From NCBI GenBank assembly GCA_963752285.1, contig CAVVXN010000002.1, positions 224,001-288,000 on the forward strand: 64,000 nt of DNA, read 5' to 3'. The first letter of the stretch is position 1; every line of letters begins with the position of its first letter. The stretch comes from an uncultured Planctomycetota bacterium (GTDB lineage: Bacteria; Planctomycetota; PLA2; JAEUHO01). Position numbers and translations under genes: made by a program. A model generated the notes under the pieces. That model searched no databases, was not told the origin of the DNA, and saw only the letters and a program-made list of their open reading frames with translations. Below, piece by piece: positions 1 through 8,990 of this stretch.

Positions 1-1416
1 GGACCGCTTCGTGTCGCCGGAGGCCGGCGCGGCCTCGGCGGGCCTCGTCTTCCGTCGCTTTCCCTTCCGGGCGGGTCTCGCCTCCTTCCCCAGCGGGGGC
101 GCGACGGCGTCGGGCGCCACCGGGACCGAGGCCGCCGGCTCGTCGAAGAAGCCGGAGCCTTCGAGCTTCTGGCGGTAGAGCGCCATCGACTCCTCGTCCG
201 AGATCGCGGCGGTCTCGAACGGCGCGGTCTCCTCGAGGAGCGCGAGCGCTTCGGCGTCGGCCTCGGCGAGCGCGCGCGCCTCGTCGTCCTCCTCGGGCTC
301 CGCGTCGGCGGGGAGCGCGTCGGCGAGCGCCACGAGCGCGGCCTCGGGGTCCACGGGGTCCCCGGGGGGCGCCGGACCCTTAGGCGCGGACGGGGCCTCG
401 GAAGGCGCGGGCCCGGGCGGCCCGGGCTCCGTGGCGGTCGCTCGGGCGTCCTCCTCCGGGTCCTCGATCGCGTCCTCGTCGCGATAGCGAACGCCTGCGG
501 GAAGCGGCATCTCCGGGCGGCCGCGCGACGCCGGTTCGTCCGATTCGGCCTCGGCGGGGGGCGGCGGCTCGTCCGCGTACCGCACGCCCGGGCGAAGACG
601 TTGCGGGCGCGCAGGCGCCGCGGGCGACGGCTCGGCCGGCGGCCCGTCCTCGGCCGGGGGCTCCTCGCCCTCCTCCGGCTCGGCGAATCGGACCCCGGGA
701 TGGAGCTCGCTCGCCGGGGGGACCGGGGTGGGCTCGGGCGGCGGCGGCTCCGCGACGCCGACGGGCGCGTCGCTCTCGCGATACCGGATCGGACCGACGT
801 CGCGCCCCTCGATCTCCATCGGGAGCTCGTTCCCGGCCTCGTCGTAGCGGCGGACGGGGTAGAGCGGCTTCGGACCGCGGGAGCGCGTGCCGTCGAAGAG
901 TCCCGGCGGGGGCTCGAGGCGCAGGACCGACCCGGACTCGGTGGGCGGCCGCGCGGCGGGGATCCGGGAGAAGAACGGCGCGATCGCGAGCATGCCGGCC
1001 GCCGCTGCCATGGCGAGGAGCAGCAGCGCGGCGAGCACGCTCCCGAGCGTCTGGAGGAGCTCGGCGAGACGCGCGCCCCAGAGTCCGCCCACCGTGGCCC
1101 CGCCGACCAGGGCGAGGAGACCCGCCGTCGCGACGCCGAGCACGACGCAGAAGACGAGGCGGACGCCGATCCCCCCGGGTCCCGAGAGCCCGAACGGGTC
1201 ACGCCCCCAGTACCCGAGGAGCAGCCAGCCGAAGAGCACGAGGAGCACGAGCACCCCGCCCCAGCCGAGCAGGGTGCCCGGCGCCTCGAGGAGGCCGAGC
1301 GTCCCGAGGTGCGGGCGGTCGAACCCCCGGATCCCGAGCGCGATCTGCAGGCCGAGGAGGACCACCAGCAACGCGGGGACCAGGAGCGCGGTCCAGCGGC
1401 GCGGGGTCAGGGACAT
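1..1416 (-). CDS. Partial (runs off left edge) membrane protein: several N-terminal TM helices followed by a long acidic Pro/Glu/Ala-rich region
   Basis: Not in the ORF track because no stop falls inside the window. The ATG at 1416 gives MSLTPRRWTALLVPALLVVLLGLQIALG...; the segments translated by hand stay in frame down to position 1 (...KRRKTRPAEAAPASGDTKRS). TAGGAT lies 8 nt upstream of the ATG. Confidence 0.75.
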   Translation of the reverse strand, partial: MSLTPRRWTALLVPALLVVLLGLQIALGIRGFDRPHLGTLGLLEAPGTLLGWGGVLVLLVLFGWLLLGYWGRDPFGLSGPGGIGVRLVFCVVLGVATAGLLALVGGATVGGLWGARLAELLQTLGSVLAALLLLAMAAAAGMLAIAPFFSRIPAARPPTESGSVLRLEPPPGLFDGTRSRGPKPLYPVRRYDEAGNELPMEIEGRDVGPIRYRESDAPVGVAEPPPPEPTPVPPASELHPGVRFAEPEEGEEPPAEDGPPAEPSPAAPARPQRLRPGVRYADEPPPPAEAESDEPASRGRPEMPLPAGVRYRDEDAIEDPEEDARATATEPGPPGPAPSEAPSAPKGPAPPGDPVDPEAALVALADALPADAEPEEDDEARALAEADAEALALLEETAPFETAAISDEESMALYRQKLEGSGFFDEPAASVPVAPDAVAPPLGKEARPARKGKRRKTRPAEAAPASGDTKRS

Positions 1417-1575
1417 CGGCGGGGATCCTACAACGAGCGTCCCAGGTTCGGGCGGAGCGGTGTCCACGACGTCACCTCCCGGCGCGCGGCCCGCGCGCGG
1501 TCCCCCGGGGCGCCGAGGGGGCCGTTTTGGGCTCGGGGCGACGAGGTCCGCGGCCGCGAAGCGCCCGGCGCGGCC

Positions 1576-3909
1576 TCACTCCCACGACTCGTCCACCACC
1601 TCGACGTCCTCGCCCTCGCCGAACGTGTGCGAGGGGCGCGGCCCCTCGCCGCGCTCGGCGGCGCGCTGTGCCTCCCAGGCGTCGAGCTCGACGAGCACCT
1701 CGCGCGCCTTGCTGCCCACGTGCGGGCCCACCACGCCGCGGTCGCACATCATGTCGATCAGGCGGGACGCGCGCGTGTAGCCGATGCCCATGCGCCGCTG
1801 GAGCATGCTCGCGCTGCCGAGCCGCGTGGACAGGACCGCGCGCACGGCGTCGTCGTAGAGGTCGTCCTCCTCGAGCGGGTCGCCGAGGCCCTCGCGCTTG
1901 GCCTGGAGGAGGTCCTGGTACTCGGGCGGCGGGACGTGCTCCTTCAGCCAGTCCACGACGTGCCGGACCTCCGCGTCCGTGACGAGCGTTCCCTGGGCGC
2001 GGCGGAGGTGCAGGCTCCGCGGGTGCATGAAGAGCATGTCGCCCATGCCGAGGAGCTTGTCCGCGCCGTTCGCGTCGAGGATCACGCGGCTGTCGATCTT
2101 GCTCGAGACGCAGAACGCGATGCGCGTGGGCATGTTGGCCTTGATGAGGCCCGTGATGACGTTCGTCGAGGGGCGTTGCGTGGCGAGGATGATGTGGATC
2201 CCGACGGCGCGGCTCTTCTGCGCGAGCCGCGTGATGGCGAGCTCCACGTCCTTGCCGCTCGTCATCATCAGATCGGCGAGCTCGTCCACGACGATCACCA
2301 CCTGCGCGAGCTGTTCCGGCGCCTCCTCCTCGGACAGTCCCGCGCGTTCGCGGGCCTGCGCGATCTTCTCGGCGGGCAGGGCGTTGTAGCCGGCGATGTT
2401 GCGCACGCCGGCGGCGAGGAGCAGGCCGTAGCGCTCCTCCATGCGGTCCACCGCCCACTCGAGGATCTTCGCCGCGCGCTTCATGTCGGTCACGACGGGC
2501 GTGATGAGGTGGGGGATGCCCTCGAAGAACGAGAGCTCGACCTGCTTCGGGTCGATCAGGATCAGGCTCAGCTCGTCGGGCGTCCGCGTGTACAGGAACG
2601 AGAGCAGGATCGAGTTGATGCAGACGCTCTTGCCCGACCCGGTCGCTCCCGCGATCAGGATGTGGGGCATCGTCGAGAGGTCCTCGACCAGGGGTCGGCC
2701 CGCGGTGTCGCGACCGAGGAAGATCGGGAGCGACCGGCGCTCCGCCAGCGGGGCGGCCTCCTCGACGAGGTCGCGGAAGCACACGGTCTCGCGCGTGAGG
2801 TTCGGAACCTCCACGCCGACCGTGTTGCGGCCGGGGATCGGCGCGACGATGCGCACGCTCGGCGCCTTCAACGCGATCGCGAGGTCGTCGGCGAGCGCCG
2901 TCACGCGATTCAGGCGCACGCCCGAGCCGATCGCGAGCTCGTAGAAGGTGATCACCGGCCCGCGCTGGCTCGAGACGACGCGGGCCTCGACGCCGAACGA
3001 GGCGAGGGCCTGGCCGAGGACCTTGCCGTTGACCTCGACCTCCTCCTTCACCTGCTCCGCGTCGTGGACCTCGCCCACGTCGAGGAGGTTCGTGGGGGGG
3101 AACTCGTACTCGCCCGAGGTGCGGCGGGGCGAGGCCTTCGACCGGCGCGGCCGCGCGCGGGGCGCCGGCGCGCGCGGGACCGCGGGGCGCGCCGGGGTCG
3201 CGGCGTCGGCCGGCTCGGCCGTCGGGAGGGGGGCGACCGGCGCCGGGGCGGCCGCAGCGGGCTCGTCCTCGCCCTTTGCCTGCGCCACCTCGTCCTCCGC
3301 CTCCGCAAGCGCGGTCGCGCGCTCCTCGCGGGCCAGGGCCGCCGACTCGAGGAGCGCGCGGACCCGTCCGTACGTGCGCCCCACCGAGACGTCGGAGACG
3401 AGACGGAGCGTGCCGAGCGCGGCGACGAGCGCGACGAGACCCGCGGCGTGCCCGAGCGACCGGTAGAGGGCCGAGGCGAGGGCCACGCCGACGTAGCCCG
3501 CCGGGCCCGAGCGCGCGAGGCCGGGGAACGAGGCGTGCACCAGGAGGAGTCCGGCGGCGCCGCCGACGAGGGCCGCCAGGGGGAGGGTCAGGGCGAGGCG
3601 GAGTCCGAAGCGACGGGGCCGCCGGCCCCGGACGAGCGGCACCCCGAAGCCGAGGGCCGACAGCGGGAAGACCCACGCCCCGATCCCGACCGCGCGCGCG
3701 AGCGCGGACGCGACCCCGTGGCCGAGGGTCCCGGCCAGGTTCCCCACTCCGCCCTCGGAGGGGAGGGGACCCAGGCTCGCGAGGGCCGCGGAGAGGACCA
3801 CGCCGAGGAGCGCGAGGGCCACCCCGAGGACCTCGAGCCCGACGGGCTCGTCTGCCACGGCCTCCGCCGGGACGGTCCGGGAGCGGGAGGCAGCGGACGA
3901 GCGGCCCAT
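1576..3909 (-). CDS. ftsK: DNA translocase FtsK
   Basis: N-terminal TM region, PHILIAGATGSGKS Walker A, IVVDELADLMM Walker B, LATQRPS, C-terminal gamma domain (SASMLQRRMGIGYTRASRLID). Confidence 0.97.
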   Translation of the reverse strand: MGRSSAASRSRTVPAEAVADEPVGLEVLGVALALLGVVLSAALASLGPLPSEGGVGNLAGTLGHGVASALARAVGIGAWVFPLSALGFGVPLVRGRRPRRFGLRLALTLPLAALVGGAAGLLLVHASFPGLARSGPAGYVGVALASALYRSLGHAAGLVALVAALGTLRLVSDVSVGRTYGRVRALLESAALAREERATALAEAEDEVAQAKGEDEPAAAAPAPVAPLPTAEPADAATPARPAVPRAPAPRARPRRSKASPRRTSGEYEFPPTNLLDVGEVHDAEQVKEEVEVNGKVLGQALASFGVEARVVSSQRGPVITFYELAIGSGVRLNRVTALADDLAIALKAPSVRIVAPIPGRNTVGVEVPNLTRETVCFRDLVEEAAPLAERRSLPIFLGRDTAGRPLVEDLSTMPHILIAGATGSGKSVCINSILLSFLYTRTPDELSLILIDPKQVELSFFEGIPHLITPVVTDMKRAAKILEWAVDRMEERYGLLLAAGVRNIAGYNALPAEKIAQARERAGLSEEEAPEQLAQVVIVVDELADLMMTSGKDVELAITRLAQKSRAVGIHIILATQRPSTNVITGLIKANMPTRIAFCVSSKIDSRVILDANGADKLLGMGDMLFMHPRSLHLRRAQGTLVTDAEVRHVVDWLKEHVPPPEYQDLLQAKREGLGDPLEEDDLYDDAVRAVLSTRLGSASMLQRRMGIGYTRASRLIDMMCDRGVVGPHVGSKAREVLVELDAWEAQRAAERGEGPRPSHTFGEGEDVEVVDESWE

Positions 3910-4071
3910 GCGCCTAGTTGGATCGGGCAGAAGCGCGCCGTTCGGTAGGCGAACGAACCGCGAACCCCCCGGGGGCCCGCGCGCGCGACCCGCCGAAGAC
4001 CCGACCGCCTCTCCGGACCCGCCCCCGGCGCTGATTCGGACGAATTGCTCTGGCTCCGTATGACGAATGGG

Positions 4072-4602
4072 TCAGAGGAGGGGGTTCATCGCCTCCAGGA
4101 TCGCCCCCGGTTCGCTCATCCGGCCGGGGCCGACCTCGCCTTCGCTCAGCCACCCCGACGCGGGGCCGACGAGGTGGACCCCGTCCTCCTCCAGCACGCG
4201 GACGTTTCGTCTCGTCCGCGGGTTCTCCCACATGCGGACGTTCATCGCGGGCGCCAGGAGCACCGGGCACTTCGCCCCGAGGACCGTCGCCGTGAGCACG
4301 CTCCCGGACAGGCCGTGCGCGATGCGGGCGAGCACGTTCGCCGTGCACGGCGCGACCACGAGGAGGTCGGCGTCCTCCGTCACGCGCAGGTGGTCCTGGG
4401 GCGTGGACCCCGTGCCCCACGTCCGGTCCGTGAACACCCGCCGGTGCGTGAGCGCCGAGAACGACAGCGGGCGCACGAAGCGGAGCGCGGCCCGCGTCAT
4501 CACGACGTCCACCTCGTGCCCCGCCTGGACGCACTTCGACGCCAGGTCCACGGCCTTGTACGCGGCGATGCTGCCCGTCACGCCGAGGACGAGGTGGCTC
4601 AT
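4072..4602 (-). CDS. coaC: Stand-alone phosphopantothenoylcysteine decarboxylase (HFCD flavoprotein, CoaC domain only)
   Basis: GVTGSIAAYKA, VVAPCTANVLARIAHG and PAMNVRMW motifs; no fused CoaB domain; lies next to rpoZ and gmk. Confidence 0.85.
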   Translation of the reverse strand: MSHLVLGVTGSIAAYKAVDLASKCVQAGHEVDVVMTRAALRFVRPLSFSALTHRRVFTDRTWGTGSTPQDHLRVTEDADLLVVAPCTANVLARIAHGLSGSVLTATVLGAKCPVLLAPAMNVRMWENPRTRRNVRVLEEDGVHLVGPASGWLSEGEVGPGRMSEPGAILEAMNPLL

Positions 4603-4615
4603 GGCGAACCCGGGC

Positions 4616-4822
4616 CTACTCGGCGTCCTCGGGGACGAGCTCGATCTTGCCGGCGCGGACCTCCTCGATCGCGATGTCGATCGGGTTGTCCGAGCGGATG
4701 TCCACGAGCCGCGGCGCGCCCGCCACCAGCTCGCGGATGCGCTTCTGGAGCAGCGTGGTCAGCTGGAATCGTCCGCCGACCTTCGCCTCCAGCTCGTCGA
4801 TGATGCGGATCTTCTCCTCCAT
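4616..4822 (-). CDS. rpoZ: RNA polymerase omega subunit
   Basis: 68 aa, KVGGRFQLTTLLQKRIREL...IAIEEV; sits between gmk and coaC. Confidence 0.88.
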   Translation of the reverse strand: MEEKIRIIDELEAKVGGRFQLTTLLQKRIRELVAGAPRLVDIRSDNPIDIAIEEVRAGKIELVPEDAE

Positions 4823-4831
4823 GGCGTCGAA

Positions 4832-5434
4832 TCACTCCTCGCCGCGGCCGGGCGACCAGGCGAGGCCCGCCCCCGCGACCAACCGCCGCACGGCGGCGTC
4901 CAGGTCGTCGTTCACCACCACCAGATCGAACCAGGAGGCCGCCTCGGCCTCCCGCTCGGCCTCGGCCACCCGACGGCGGACCGCGGCCTCGTCGTCCTCG
5001 CCGCGCGCCGTGAGGCGGCGCAGCATCTCCTCGGGGTCGGGCGCCGTCACGAAGACGTACGTCGCGTCCACCCCGAGGTCCTTGAGCGTCCGGGCGCCCT
5101 GCACGTCCACCACGAGGAGGCCGTTCCTCCCGGACGCGAGGATCGGCTCCAGGTTCTGCCGCGGCGTCCCGTACCGGTGGCCGTAGACGCGCGCGTGCTC
5201 GAGGAAACGCCCCGCGCGGACGCCCGCCTCGAACTCGTCCTCCGTCAGGAAGTCGTACGCCTCCCCCGGCCTCTCGTCGCCGCGCGGGGGACGCGTCGTG
5301 GCGGTCCGTGCGCGGGCGAAGCCCGGGTCCTCGAGCAGCGCGCGGGCCACGGTCGTCTTGCCCGAGCCGCTCGGGCCCGACAGGACGACGAGGCGCCCGC
5401 GCGCCGTGCGGGGGGAGGAGGGGGCCGACGTCAC
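4832..5434 (-). CDS. gmk: Guanylate kinase
   Basis: SGPSGSGKTT, TTRPPRGDE, FLEHARVYGHRYGT, DVQGA, VVNDDL. Confidence 0.96.
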   Translation of the reverse strand: MTSAPSSPRTARGRLVVLSGPSGSGKTTVARALLEDPGFARARTATTRPPRGDERPGEAYDFLTEDEFEAGVRAGRFLEHARVYGHRYGTPRQNLEPILASGRNGLLVVDVQGARTLKDLGVDATYVFVTAPDPEEMLRRLTARGEDDEAAVRRRVAEAEREAEAASWFDLVVVNDDLDAAVRRLVAGAGLAWSPGRGEE

Positions 5435-6297
5435 TCGAGGTTCTGCACCTGCTCGCGCAGGCGCTCCACGTCGGACTTCATCTCGACCACGACGCGCGAG
5501 AGCGCGATCTCGTTCGTCTTGCTCCCGATCGTGTTCGTCTCGCGGTGGATCTCCTGGACGAGGAAGTCGAGCGTGCGCCCGACGGCGCCGCCCTTCCCTA
5601 GGACCTCGCGGGCGTGCGCGAGATGGGCCTCGAGGCGCGTGATCTCCTCGCGGACGTCCGCGCGGTCCGCGAGGATCGCCGCCTCGCGGGCCATCACGGC
5701 CTCGTCGGGAGACGCCCCCGTGCCCTGGAGGAGCTCGGCCATCCGGGCCTCGAGACGCTCCCGGGTGCGCCGCGGCGCCTCGGTCGCCTCGGCCTTCACG
5801 GACGAGAGGGCCGTCTCGACCGCGGCGAGCAGTCGCTCGATCTCCAGGCCGAGCTCTCGTCCCTCGCGCCGCCGCGCCTCCACGAGCGCGGTGAGGGCGG
5901 CGCCGGCGGCCTCGGCCGCCTCCGCCGCGTGCGTCTCGCCTCCGGCCGGGTCGGAGGCGTCGGCGAGCACCCCCGGCACGCGGAGCACGTCGCCGACGGA
6001 AGGCGGCGCGAGCCCGGTCGTCCGCGCGAGGTCCGCGAGGCGGGCCGCCGTCGCGATGAACGCGACCTCGCTCACGCTCTCGCCGGCCCCCGCGGCGACG
6101 GGGGTGAAGCGCACGAAGAGCGTCACGTGTCCGCGCGAGACGTGCCGGCGGACGGCCTCCTCGAGGGGCGCGTCGAGGCTCCCGAGCGGGCCCGCCGTGC
6201 GCAGCGAGGTCTTTAGGAAACGGTGGTTCACCGACCGTGCCTCCGCCTCGTAGCGACCGCTCGCGCGGTCGAGGACGGCGCGGCCCGATCCGGTCAT
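5431..6297 (-). CDS. yicC: YicC/YloC family endoribonuclease
   Basis: SMTGSG start, RSVNHRFL, DVREEITRLEAH, GRTLDFLVQEIHRETNTIGSK, REQVQNLE C-terminus. Start trimmed to the Met of MTG. Confidence 0.93.
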   Translation of the reverse strand: MTGSGRAVLDRASGRYEAEARSVNHRFLKTSLRTAGPLGSLDAPLEEAVRRHVSRGHVTLFVRFTPVAAGAGESVSEVAFIATAARLADLARTTGLAPPSVGDVLRVPGVLADASDPAGGETHAAEAAEAAGAALTALVEARRREGRELGLEIERLLAAVETALSSVKAEATEAPRRTRERLEARMAELLQGTGASPDEAVMAREAAILADRADVREEITRLEAHLAHAREVLGKGGAVGRTLDFLVQEIHRETNTIGSKTNEIALSRVVVEMKSDVERLREQVQNLE

Positions 6298-6322
6298 GGA
6301 CGAGAGGGGACCCACCCGGGCG

Positions 6323-6931
6323 TCAGCTCCCCCTGCCGTCTCCCGGAGCGGGCGGTACGGGTGCGGGCGCCTCGGGCGCGGGGCCGGAGGGGGGCGCGTC
6401 CCCCGCGGGCGGCGTGCCTGCACCGGGCGGCGTGGCGCCGCCGGACGGCGTGGCGCCGCCGGACGGCGTGGCTCCGCCGGACGGCTGTGCGCCCGAGGGG
6501 GGCGTCGCGCCCGGCGTCGTGGGCGTCGTTCCGCCGTCGCCCGGCGCCTCGCCGCCCGGGGGCAACGCTTCGCCGGGGTTCGGCCCGGTGCCCGGGAAGG
6601 GCGCGGACGACGGCGTCACGCCCGACGGCGTCACGTTCTCGACGGCCTTCATCGACGACGTCTCGCCCGCGGAGACGAGCCCGGCGTAGAGCAGCGCGGA
6701 GCCGAGGAATGCGCCCGCGAGGTACGCGGTGAAGCGGTTCACGGTCCCGGCCTTCACGCCGAACGTGTCCGCGCCCGCGCCGCCGAACGCGCCGCCGAGC
6801 CCGCCGCCCTTGCCCTCCTGGAGGAGGATGACGACCGTCAGCAGCACGGACGAGATGACGAAGCAGGTGAAGACGAGCGTCTGGAAGAGGCCCATGAGCG
6901 AGGCGACGATCGGGGCGGGGTCGAGATGCAC
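6323..6931 (-). CDS. secG: Preprotein translocase SecG with long Pro/Gly-rich tail
   Basis: VILLQEGKGGGLGGAFGG...TFG motif between two TM helices; downstream of tpiA. True start may be the ATG at 6895. Confidence 0.9.
   Translation of the reverse strand: MHLDPAPIVASLMGLFQTLVFTCFVISSVLLTVVILLQEGKGGGLGGAFGGAGADTFGVKAGTVNRFTAYLAGAFLGSALLYAGLVSAGETSSMKAVENVTPSGVTPSSAPFPGTGPNPGEALPPGGEAPGDGGTTPTTPGATPPSGAQPSGGATPSGGATPSGGATPPGAGTPPAGDAPPSGPAPEAPAPVPPAPGDGRGS
6429..6482. repeat. 3 x 18-bp coding tandem repeat (GGCGTGGCGCCGCCGGAC), encoding SGGATP units in the SecG tail
   Basis: Units at 6429, 6447 and 6465; the third has one mismatch. Confidence 0.9.
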
Positions 6932-6982
6932 GTCGGGTTCCTCGATCTCGGGGTGGGGGGGCCACCCGCTGGGAGCCGGAGA

Positions 6983-7753
6983 CTACGCCTCCGAGGCCGT
7001 GGCGCGGACGAGCCGCTGGAACGCGTCGGGGTCCAGGGATGCCCCTCCCACGAGGGCCCCGTCCACGTCCTCGGCGGCGAGCAAGCGGCCTATGTTGCCG
7101 GGTTTCACGCTCCCACCGTAGAGGATTCTGAGGCTTCGGGCGCGGGACGCGTCCCTCGACCGGACCTCGGCGCGGATCCAGGCGTGGACCTCCTGGGCCT
7201 CCTCGGGGCTGGCCGTGAGGCCCGTCCCGATGGCCCAGACCGGCTCGTAGGCGAGGACCAGGGGGGCGTCGGGCCCCGGGAGTGCGTCGAGTCCCGCGTC
7301 CACCTGCCGGAGGACCACCTCCCGGGCGCGGCCCGCGCGGCGCTCCGGGAGGGTCTCGCCGACGCAGAGCACGGGGACGAGCCCGGCTTCGAGCGCCTGG
7401 AGGAGACCCGCCGCCACCACCGCGTCGGTCTCGCCGAGGCCGTGGCGCCGCTCGCTGTGCCCACAGAGGACGTAGCGACAGCCGACCCCGGTCAGCATCG
7501 CCGCCGCGACCTGCCCGGTGTAGGCGCCGAACGGTTCGGGAGCGCACGCCTGACCGCCCACCGCCACCGGGCCGTCCGGTGCGCCGACCACCCGCGCGAC
7601 CTCGTCGAGCCACGGATAGGGCGGGAACAGGGCGACCTCGCTCGTCGAGGTTCGGGCCGCCTCCAGCGCGGCCTCGGCCCACCGCCGCGCGTCGGCGCGG
7701 AGGCCGTTCATCTTCCAGTTGCCGGCGATCAGGACCCCGCGGGCCTCGTCCAT
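6983..7753 (-). CDS. tpiA: Triosephosphate isomerase
   Basis: IAGNWKMN, GHSERR, AYEPVWAIGTG, LYGGSVKP, LVGGASL. Confidence 0.98.
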   Translation of the reverse strand: MDEARGVLIAGNWKMNGLRADARRWAEAALEAARTSTSEVALFPPYPWLDEVARVVGAPDGPVAVGGQACAPEPFGAYTGQVAAAMLTGVGCRYVLCGHSERRHGLGETDAVVAAGLLQALEAGLVPVLCVGETLPERRAGRAREVVLRQVDAGLDALPGPDAPLVLAYEPVWAIGTGLTASPEEAQEVHAWIRAEVRSRDASRARSLRILYGGSVKPGNIGRLLAAEDVDGALVGGASLDPDAFQRLVRATASEA

Positions 7754-7935
7754 GCGGAGAGGGTAGCGGGACGGACCCGGGTCGGCGAAGCCGGGCGCCG
7801 CGATCCGCCGCGCGGGCGCGGGCTTCGGCGGGGTCCACCGCGGCGGACCGGTACGCCGGTCGAGGCCCGTGATTTGCCGCGCACCCTGGTCCATTCCCGC
7901 CCGCCGAGGGTCGAACGGCATAGAATCCGCGCGCG

Positions 7936-8967
7936 ATGCTCGTCGTCTTCTCCCCGTCCGCCACCGACGCCGAGCGGCGTCGCCTGATCGCCACGCTCGA
8001 GGCGAACGGGTGTCGCGCGGAGGCGTCTCGCGACCACGGTTGCTGGATCCTCACCGTCCACGGCGACCTGGACCGCCTGCGCGAGGTGCCGCTCCACGTC
8101 TACCCGGGCGTGCGCCAGATCGTGCCCCTTGCGGCGCCCTACACGCTGGCCGGCCTGGAGCACCAGAGAGAGCCCACGGTCGTGACGGTGGGGGACGTCC
8201 GGATCGGGGGCGGCGGCTTCGTGGTCATCGCCGGGCCCTGCGCGGTGGAGGACCTCGAGACGTTCCGCGCGATCGCCTTCGCGGTGAAGGACGCCGGCGC
8301 GAACCTGCTCCGGGGCGGCGCCTGGAAGCCGAGGACGAGTCCCTACTCGTTCCGAGGTCTCGGGCTCGACGGCCTCAAGATCCTGCGCGAGGTGAGCCTG
8401 GAGACCGGCCTCCCGACCGTGACGGAGGTGCTCGACCCGCGGCACGTCGAGGCCGTCGTCTCGAACGCCGACATGGTCCAGATCGGCACGCGCAACATGA
8501 GCAACTTCGACCTGCTCGTCGAGGTCGGGCAGGCGGGCCACCCCGTGCTCCTCAAGCGCGGTCGCTCGGCGACCGTCTCGGACTGGCTGCTCGCGGCCGA
8601 GTACGTCCTGGCGCAGGGCAACCCGAACGTGGTCCTCTGCGAGCGCGGCGTGCGCGGATTCGACACGGCGACGCGGAACCTCCTCGACCTCGCGGCCGTC
8701 CCCGCGGTCCGGGCGCGGTCGCACCTCCCGATCGTCGTGGACCCGAGCCACGCGACGGGCAAGGCGCGGTACGTCGCCCCGATGGCGCGGGCCGCGTGCG
8801 CGGCGGGGGCGGACGGCGTGATGGTCGAGGTACACACCGAGCCCACCTGCGCGCTCTCGGACGCCGAGCAGGCGCTCCTGCCGGACGCGTTCCGCGACCT
8901 CTGCGAGGACTTGCGGCTCGTCTCGCACGTGATCCACCGCGGCGCGGCCAGCGAGACGGAGAGCTAG
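7936..8967 (+). CDS. aroF: DAHP synthase, type I-beta, with N-terminal regulatory domain
   Basis: IAGPCAVE, GGAWKPRTSPYSFRGLG, LCERG, VDPSHATG, EVH...ALSD. Confidence 0.93.
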   Translation: MLVVFSPSATDAERRRLIATLEANGCRAEASRDHGCWILTVHGDLDRLREVPLHVYPGVRQIVPLAAPYTLAGLEHQREPTVVTVGDVRIGGGGFVVIAGPCAVEDLETFRAIAFAVKDAGANLLRGGAWKPRTSPYSFRGLGLDGLKILREVSLETGLPTVTEVLDPRHVEAVVSNADMVQIGTRNMSNFDLLVEVGQAGHPVLLKRGRSATVSDWLLAAEYVLAQGNPNVVLCERGVRGFDTATRNLLDLAAVPAVRARSHLPIVVDPSHATGKARYVAPMARAACAAGADGVMVEVHTEPTCALSDAEQALLPDAFRDLCEDLRLVSHVIHRGAASETES

Positions 8968-8990
8968 GAGGCCTCGCCCCGCGTCGCGCG

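Noticed and set aside
601..3948. 1115-aa plus-strand ORF and many similar long ORFs (e.g. 46238..51160 -, 35857..39888 -, 20867..24592 -)
   Set aside because: Antisense or shifted shadow frames of real genes in very GC-rich DNA; Arg/Gly/Pro-rich with no recognisable motifs.
3910..4071. ncRNA or defined promoter between coaC and ftsK
   Set aside because: Only a weak GAAC-N17-TCCAA match and GC stems; not enough support.
6429..6482. Short repeats as a CRISPR array or mobile element
   Set aside because: Contiguous in-frame coding repeats with no spacers and no cas or transposase genes.
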